DNA of 64,000 nucleotides from Planctomycetota bacterium (GTDB taxonomy: Bacteria; Planctomycetota; UBA8108; SXIK01), in NCBI GenBank assembly GCA_965223845.1, contig CBDCXR010000004.1:2432001-2496000 (forward strand). The letters are read 5' to 3'. Below are positions 58,474 through 64,000 of the stretch, piece after piece (the stretch's first letter is position 1; the number at the start of each line of letters is the position of its first letter). Under the pieces are notes generated by a model, which was given only the letters and a program-made list of their open reading frames with translations, was not told where the DNA came from and ran no database searches. A program made the position numbers and the translations under genes.

Positions 58474-59896
58474 ACGCGGCGACAGCTTCATGCCGTTCGC
58501 ACTGGGCGTGCTGACGGCTCTTCTCGTTGGAGTGCCGTTCACGATCTTCGGGCTGCACTTCCTGCGAGACAACGTGACGATGCTCGCAGTCGTCGCGGCG
58601 ATTTGCCTCGTGCTGTGCGGTCTCGTGTTCGCGTTCGTCTACGTGTTTCGCGAACGGATCTTCAATTGGTTCGGCGATCGCATGGGGCGCGGGGTCGTCG
58701 ACGTTCACCAGGCCGTGTCGGACGCAGTCGGTGACGTGGTGAACGGTGAATACAAGGCCGCAGCTCGCAAGGTCGACGTCGCGGCCGGCAGGTTTCTCAC
58801 GGCGTTCGCGTGGTTTCGGGCGCGGCAATTCCTTCTCATGGCGACCGTTGGGACGTGCGGAGCGTTTGCCGCTCTGATCGCCGATACTCTCCTCTTTCGG
58901 CAGAATGAACTGGTCGGAAAGCAGAACGGTCTTATCGAGCTCCAGAACAACACGCTCCTCGGACAGACGCGGCTGCTGGATATGCAGACGCAGTTCGCGA
59001 TCCGGCAGACGAGCCTGCTCGACGCACAAAATGTGCTGATCGAGGAACAGAACAAAGCGTTGCAGGATCAGCTGAAACAATTCGAGGAGCAGGACTATCG
59101 GGCGCGTAAAGCCCAGCTGGTTGCGACGCTGTACGACACGGAGGAATCGGGGCCGTTCGGTTTTCCCGGCCCAAAGGCGAGCGTTCGGGCCCGGGCGGAG
59201 GCAGCGAAGGCGCTTGTGGAGATCGAGAGGGGGCGCGACGACAGTGCGGATCTCTCGAATGCCGATCTGTCGGGTGCGAACCTCAGCGGCGCGAACCTCA
59301 GCGGCGCGAACCTCAGCGGCGCGAAACTCAGCGGCGCGAAACTCAGCCGAGCCGACCTCAGCGGCGCGAAACTCAGCGGCGCGGACCTCTTCCGCGCGAA
59401 TATGGAGGCAGCGAACCTCAGCGGCACGGACTTAGACAGAGCGGACCTCAGAGACGCGATCCTCTTCGAAGCGAATCTCAGCGACTCGACCCTCGCCGAA
59501 GCGGACCTCAGCGGCGCGATTCTCGTCCAAGCGGCCCTCGAAGGCGCGAAGTTACACCGCGCAGACCTCAGCCGCGCGAATCTCTCAGGCGCGATTCTCC
59601 GCCACGCGATCCTATCCACGGCGACCCTCAGCGAAGTGGACCTCGATGCGGCGGACCTCAGCGACGCGACTCTCGTCGAAGCGAACCTCAGCGGCGCGAA
59701 CCTGAAATCCGCGAGCCTCATCAGGGCGGACCTCAGTCGAGCGAACCTTCGCGGCGCGAATCTCAGCCCGCTAACACGGTATAGAGAATCAATCTGGGCC
59801 GGCGCCAACATCACGGGAATTAAGGACCCACCCGAGGGCCTCGCGGGGCATGCGCTGTCGCAAGGGGCCATCGCGGGCGCGACGGACGAGGAGTGA
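58448..59896 (+). CDS. Membrane-anchored coiled-coil + pentapeptide-repeat protein
   Basis: Three hydrophobic segments, Q-N heptads 'QNELVGKQNGLIELQN', and a long A(D/N)LS repeat tract including 15-bp perfect repeats at 59276-59320. Confidence 0.88.
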   Translation: MPEKETGRRRGDSFMPFALGVLTALLVGVPFTIFGLHFLRDNVTMLAVVAAICLVLCGLVFAFVYVFRERIFNWFGDRMGRGVVDVHQAVSDAVGDVVNGEYKAAARKVDVAAGRFLTAFAWFRARQFLLMATVGTCGAFAALIADTLLFRQNELVGKQNGLIELQNNTLLGQTRLLDMQTQFAIRQTSLLDAQNVLIEEQNKALQDQLKQFEEQDYRARKAQLVATLYDTEESGPFGFPGPKASVRARAEAAKALVEIERGRDDSADLSNADLSGANLSGANLSGANLSGAKLSGAKLSRADLSGAKLSGADLFRANMEAANLSGTDLDRADLRDAILFEANLSDSTLAEADLSGAILVQAALEGAKLHRADLSRANLSGAILRHAILSTATLSEVDLDAADLSDATLVEANLSGANLKSASLIRADLSRANLRGANLSPLTRYRESIWAGANITGIKDPPEGLAGHALSQGAIAGATDEE

Positions 59897-59904
59897 ACAC
59901 TTCG

Positions 59905-60021
59905 ATGAAGACGAAGACCAAAGCCAAGCTCGCCCTCTGGCTGCTAAAGCACCGGAAGTGGCTAGTTCCGGCGGGGATTGTGATTGCGGCGGGCGTAGTT
60001 TGGTGGGTCTGGGGGCGTTAG
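59905..60021 (+). CDS. 38-aa single-pass membrane peptide, copy B
   Basis: MKTKTKAKLALWLLKHRKWLVPAGIVIAAGVVWWVWGR; GAGGAG upstream; differences from copy A preserve the frame and are mostly conservative. Confidence 0.7.
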   Translation: MKTKTKAKLALWLLKHRKWLVPAGIVIAAGVVWWVWGR

Positions 60022-60613
60022 CGTCGGCCAGCCTGAGGATCGACCGGCGGCGGCAGGAAACTCAGAACAGCCGCGATTCGTCGGGACCTGGAAGAACCCG
60101 TGCGGAATCGAGATTGATTCGACTCCCCCACGTCGCCTACCGTGAGTAGGTCGTCACCGGTGGTGCTGGTTGGGCTCCGGGAGGTAGGCAGCTGTGAATT
60201 CTCGCTGTGGCGGCAACGCCTGCGGCGTTGTCGCCGGGGTGCGTACGCGTCGCAGGCTTTACGATCGTCTCAACGCGATTCGCCGAGCTATCGACGGCGG
60301 GCGACTACAGTCGCTCCGCGGCGCGAATGGAGGGCGAGAGCGCTCGAGCGATTCCTCTCCGCATCCGCTCACCGCTACGAGCGTCGAAGAAGCGGTCGAC
60401 AAGGCCTCGACACCGCCGAAGGCGCGATCGCGCTCGTTGACGGATCGATCTCTTTCGATTGGTGGCGGATTCCGAACGCCTTCGGCCAACCGGCCTACAC
60501 GTTCGAGGCTGAGGTTCTGATCGGCTCAGGCGCGCCCCCCTGCGCGTCGCCCTCGTCCGAGGTGAGTAAACCCTTACGGGTGGTCCTTGCGATTAGATTA
60601 GTGGTTATCATTT

Positions 60614-61345
60614 ATGAACGAAAAACTCTCTCGTTACTACCGAAGCGCTATTGGGAAAGGTGTCTGGATCGTCACATTTTGCGGCGTGTTCATCGCCCTA
60701 ACCGCGGAGAGACTTTCCGGCATCATCGGGCGCGACAATATCGCAATTGACCTCCTACGTAGCCTACTTTCGATGGCCGTCGTCGCTACGGTATTTCTTT
60801 TTTTTGAGAAGCAGGTTCGCACGCGATTATGGAAACACGCCTACCCCGAGCTCGATGTCTCCGGGAACTGGACGGGCGAAACGACGTATCAAATCCAGCA
60901 GATTCCCGAAGAGGGAAAGAAACCAGAGGATTACGAGCCCGAGACAGTCGATCACAGAATTGAATTCGACCAAACCTGCCTAACGCTAAAGGTCAAACCG
61001 ACCCTCGTAAAAGACTATCCGGGCGCATGGTACTCCCTTGTGGCCGGCTTCGAGGGAAATGAATTACGCTATGCTTATCAAGTAAACTATGGCAACGCTC
61101 CAAATCGACCGGAAAGCGCGACGGGGTACGAACAGTTACAGCTCATGGGCACGGAAGATGGAAAATCTCCGGCACAACTAACGGGAACTTTTTGTCATTG
61201 TGCGTGGGGACAACGGCCCGTCTATAGCGGCACGGTGACGTTTCGCCGGCAGCCGCCGCGCGAGGACCGAAGAGGAGTCTTTTCGCGCACGTGGACGATC
61301 TGCGTGGGACTGTTTGCCAAGTTTCTGAAGCCACGAGTGGATTAG
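60614..61345 (+). CDS. Cap15-like SMODS-associated 2TM beta-barrel (S-2TM-beta) effector
   Basis: Two N-terminal TM helices, 'LW...P.LDVSGNWTG', 'I.FDQT..TLKV', 'LRYAYQ', 'GYEQL', 'LTGTF', 'GTVTFRR'. Confidence 0.7.
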   Translation: MNEKLSRYYRSAIGKGVWIVTFCGVFIALTAERLSGIIGRDNIAIDLLRSLLSMAVVATVFLFFEKQVRTRLWKHAYPELDVSGNWTGETTYQIQQIPEEGKKPEDYEPETVDHRIEFDQTCLTLKVKPTLVKDYPGAWYSLVAGFEGNELRYAYQVNYGNAPNRPESATGYEQLQLMGTEDGKSPAQLTGTFCHCAWGQRPVYSGTVTFRRQPPREDRRGVFSRTWTICVGLFAKFLKPRVD

Positions 61346-61349
61346 TTCT

Positions 61350-62132
61350 ATGAATGCACGCAAGCCTCCGTGTCGCTCCGATCTACGCGGCGTTCTGATT
61401 ACCGGCGCCGCTTCGAGCATTGGGCGGCACGTGACGGAAAGGCTCGTAGGGCATGACGACCTTCAGTTCGTTCTCACCAGCAACAAATCGACCGTCACGA
61501 AGGAAATTACGGCCCGGCCCAACGTTGAGGCACGGGGCGGACTCGACTTGACACATCCAGGCTCTCTTGCAGTTCTGCGAGAGTGCTCCGAAAAATGTTT
61601 CGATGGACCGTTCGGCCTTGTGCACAGCGTTGGCGACTTTTGGTGCCATCGAATGATATCGGAGGTTTCCGTTTCAGAGGCTGCCAAGATGATGTCGAGC
61701 CACTATACGACTTTGTATGGAGTCCTCCACACTCTCCTCCCCGTCATGAAGAAACTCGGAGGTGGGCGCGTTCTGGCTTTTAGCTGCACTTCGGTTGGCT
61801 TCAACTATCCCGAGATGGCAGCGTTTACGAGTGCAAAGGCGGCTGTCGAAGCGCTAGTTCGGTGCGTCGCCAATGAATGGGGAGGCTTCGGGATCGCTGC
61901 AAACAGTATCGCCCTGTCCACCGTGGACACGCCTGACGTGCGGAAGACCAAGCCTCTCGCCAACATGGAAAACTACCTTTCTGCTCAAGAGATCGGCGTT
62001 TTGGTCGAGGACATCCTGCTGGCGTCAGGTCCGTATTTAAGCGGCAACGTCGTCAGACCACTCAAGTATTCGAAGACTTTTTATGGTCACGCATACTTTG
62101 CGAGAAACCCACCGTCGACTTGCAATGAATAG
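61350..62132 (+). CDS. Atypical SDR-fold protein
   Basis: 'VLITGAASSIG', 'VHSVG', 'AAFTSAKAA' (Phe in place of the catalytic Tyr of YxxxK), 'YLSGNVV'; 4 bp after the Cap15-like gene. Confidence 0.8.
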   Translation: MNARKPPCRSDLRGVLITGAASSIGRHVTERLVGHDDLQFVLTSNKSTVTKEITARPNVEARGGLDLTHPGSLAVLRECSEKCFDGPFGLVHSVGDFWCHRMISEVSVSEAAKMMSSHYTTLYGVLHTLLPVMKKLGGGRVLAFSCTSVGFNYPEMAAFTSAKAAVEALVRCVANEWGGFGIAANSIALSTVDTPDVRKTKPLANMENYLSAQEIGVLVEDILLASGPYLSGNVVRPLKYSKTFYGHAYFARNPPSTCNE

Positions 62133-62302
62133 CCGGTGCTGCTGTCGAGTGGCCAAAGGATTGAAGCGCGGTCGACCTCACAACACCCGGCGGCAATTTC
62201 CTTGAAACGGCTCACCGCTCGTGCAGACCAGAGGAGAAGCCGTTGACGCCCCCGACTCGCCTCCTCTACCGTGAGTAGATCGTAGGCATCGATCAAAGAC
62301 CG

Positions 62303-62575
62303 ATGAGTGAACGCGTCACCAAAAGATTGGTGAAAGGAGGGTTGCTGGGCTCCTGCGTTGCGCCCGCACTCCTGGTCACCTTCGGGGCGATTTGCGGCTA
62401 CGCCGGCGGGACGAAGATGTTCGGTTCGTGGGGCGGCGGCTCCCCGCCGGGAACGTTCCAGGCGGCGTACAGTGGTGCCCTCTTGGTGACACTCGCCTTT
62501 GGCCTGCCGGTCGCCGGTATCGGCTTGGCAGTCGGAGCTGCCATCGCCTACAGGACTCGCTCGCGCAGTCGATGA
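62303..62575 (+). CDS. Small two-TM membrane protein
   Basis: Two hydrophobic helices; weak support. Confidence 0.45.
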   Translation: MSERVTKRLVKGGLLGSCVAPALLVTFGAICGYAGGTKMFGSWGGGSPPGTFQAAYSGALLVTLAFGLPVAGIGLAVGAAIAYRTRSRSR

Positions 62576-62713
62576 TTTCTCAGCGATCGGCGCACGTTGA
62601 CGACGGTCGATTCCACCGGCCGAGAGGCACCGTGCCTCCCGCGCCCACAACTGCACGCCTCGCCAAGCCCCCTCGGCTGGGTCTTTTCGCGAAACGAAAC
62701 AACGAGCTCGGAC

Positions 62714-62941
62714 ATGAGTGACTCGAAAGCCCCCTCGGCATTTCAGTTTCCGGGCACGCTCCCGGGCATCGTGTTGCTGGTCTGGGCCGTCTCGTTCTCG
62801 TTGTTCAAATCCGACATTCCATCTACGGTCTTCTGGTTGGTGTTCGTTTCGGTGTCTCTCTTGATCGTCCTCGTTCCGAGTTGGCTAGCGGGGCAACGGG
62901 CTAAGCGGACCTACCTCGAGAAATCGGGGTCGCCCGAATAG
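62714..62941 (+). CDS. Small two-TM membrane protein
   Basis: 'MSDSKAPSAF..LVWAVSFSLF..FWLVFVSVSLLIVLVP'. Confidence 0.5.
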   Translation: MSDSKAPSAFQFPGTLPGIVLLVWAVSFSLFKSDIPSTVFWLVFVSVSLLIVLVPSWLAGQRAKRTYLEKSGSPE

Positions 62942-63159
62942 GAAGCGCCTTGGATACCCAGAGCCGCCTAGGCGCGACTCACTTTCAAGGCGGAGTGGGA
63001 ATCGCCGGCTGACTCGTGCGACGTGCGGCGTCGATTCCGGGCGAGTCTCCGGACGATCGGACGATCGCAGACCGAAGTTCGAGAATCGCGTGCGGGGCAG
63101 CATGAATCACATCACGGCGATCCGCGACCGATCCCTCGGGCCGAGCGCATTCGCCTAGA

Positions 63160-63666
63160 TCACACCAGTCCCTCAAGCTGCCCCTCCTCGAGATTCGAAT
63201 AGAACTCGATTTCGTTGCGAGGAGTGGACTGCACGGTTTGGTAGGAAGGGAAGTAACCCGTCGGTCGCAGCTGGAAGCGGGAAAACGTCGCGAGGATCGC
63301 CGATCTTCTCCGGCGAAGGTAGCTCACCAGCAGGGGCTGATCGAAGTCGTTCTGGCTGAGCAACCGGAGCGCGGAAAAGAGCTGAGAGAGCGAAACTCGA
63401 AAGAACGGCGGATCGCAGAGAATCAGGCCGAACTTGCGCCCGGTCCACTCGGGACGGTGGATGTCGAATCTGCGGAACCCTGGAAGACTCGCGAATCGAT
63501 CATCGATGTCGAGAATCGAGACCTCGACGTTCGACTCGACCAGTCGCTTCCCGAGAAGAGGCGCGCAGAGCAAACACGGCGAGGCCCACCCTCCGACGAA
63601 CGCGGCCAGTCGGTCCAGAGTGGCGGCGTCGAAGAAGTATTGCTCGTTCTCGTGGAGTTCGTACAT
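63160..63666 (-). CDS. DPPF-type methyltransferase resembling the N6-adenineMlase/EEF1AKMT1 family
   Basis: 'ELHENEQYFFD', 'LLCAP', 'LDIDDRF', 'LILCDPPFF', 'IEFYSN'. Confidence 0.7.
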   Translation of the reverse strand: MYELHENEQYFFDAATLDRLAAFVGGWASPCLLCAPLLGKRLVESNVEVSILDIDDRFASLPGFRRFDIHRPEWTGRKFGLILCDPPFFRVSLSQLFSALRLLSQNDFDQPLLVSYLRRRRSAILATFSRFQLRPTGYFPSYQTVQSTPRNEIEFYSNLEEGQLEGLV

Positions 63667-63794
63667 TGAGAACTGGCGGCTACGGGTGGAGCCAACCACA
63701 AAACGGGTGGCGGTAGTTCATGATCCTCTGCATCCCGAACAAGGACAAGTGCTGGCGTCGAGTGCTCGACGCTGCCGATTAGAGGTCGAATCCG

Positions 63795-64000
63795 ATGAAC
63801 GAGTATCGCGTGTCCGCGATCGTGCTCTCCGTGTACGCCGCGCTGAGCGCATCCGCTCTGGCCGTCGAGATTGACCTCTCGCGCTTCCGCTCCGATGGCC
63901 CCGTCGCCGTGGAAAGGACTGAGCGCGGCCTCACCGCACGCTGGCCGATGGATCACGGCGAATCGGGTCACTTGACGCTCGACCTCAAGTCGCCCGAATC
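63795..64000 (+). CDS. Secreted protein, truncated by the window end
   Basis: AGAGG RBS; 'MNEYRVSAIVLSVYAALSASALA|VEIDLSRF..', open to the edge. Confidence 0.65.
   Translation, partial: MNEYRVSAIVLSVYAALSASALAVEIDLSRFRSDGPVAVERTERGLTARWPMDHGESGHLTLDLKSPE

Larger units (their letters stand above)
43679..64000. mobile_element. Putative tRNA-Asp-anchored genomic island / decayed integrative element (right boundary not seen)
   Basis: A hairpin and a TGTAGCA-N4-TGTAGCA repeat directly follow the tRNA; then excisionase-like genes, gene fragments, an IS, AT-richer cargo and defence-like genes. No integrase or att repeat was seen in the window. Confidence 0.55.

Noticed and set aside
60050-60600. 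Possible cyclase or other partner gene upstream of the Cap15-like gene
   Set aside because: Only short, Arg-rich or frameshifted-looking ORFs with no nucleotidyltransferase motif are present; at most an unidentifiable remnant.
62133-63150. Small membrane genes as integron cassettes
   Set aside because: No convincing attC (RYYYAAC...GTTRRRY) sites and no integron integrase were seen.

Overview
High-GC bacterial DNA. The gene content (sulfatase, PQQ-type propeller, extended ECF sigma factor, Ser/Thr kinase-WD40, many dockerin-like 'RGDxNxDG...DAADANDDG' proteins) suggests a Planctomycetota genome; this is an inference. Positions 1-43.6 kb are mostly backbone: a large secreted FG-GAP/dikinase-like protein running off the left edge, a sulfatase, a TetR-thioredoxin unit with two operators, uronate-type kinase/SDR genes, HerA-like ATPase/GT4/MTase genes, tRNA-Pro, a ParB-HD-GYP fusion and tRNA-Asp. 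Embedded at 19.5-25.6 kb is a divergent three-gene candidate immune locus: a membrane patatin/cPLA2 lipase, a stand-alone protein homologous to the lipase N-terminal domain, and a TIR-TIR-SLOG protein. Downstream of tRNA-Asp (43.7 kb to about the right edge) is a mosaic, partly decayed island. It holds excisionase-like genes, a twice-repeated TIR / XRE-HTH / 36-38-aa membrane-peptide scaffold with different cargo genes, a TIGR04255-like/PIN-like triad, a frameshifted IS, a dockerin-S8 protease and a Cap15-like (S-2TM-beta) effector paired with an atypical SDR instead of a cyclase. A ~180-bp nested inverted-repeat element occurs twice, with its core flipped between the copies. All domain calls come from motif recognition by eye; no database searches were run.
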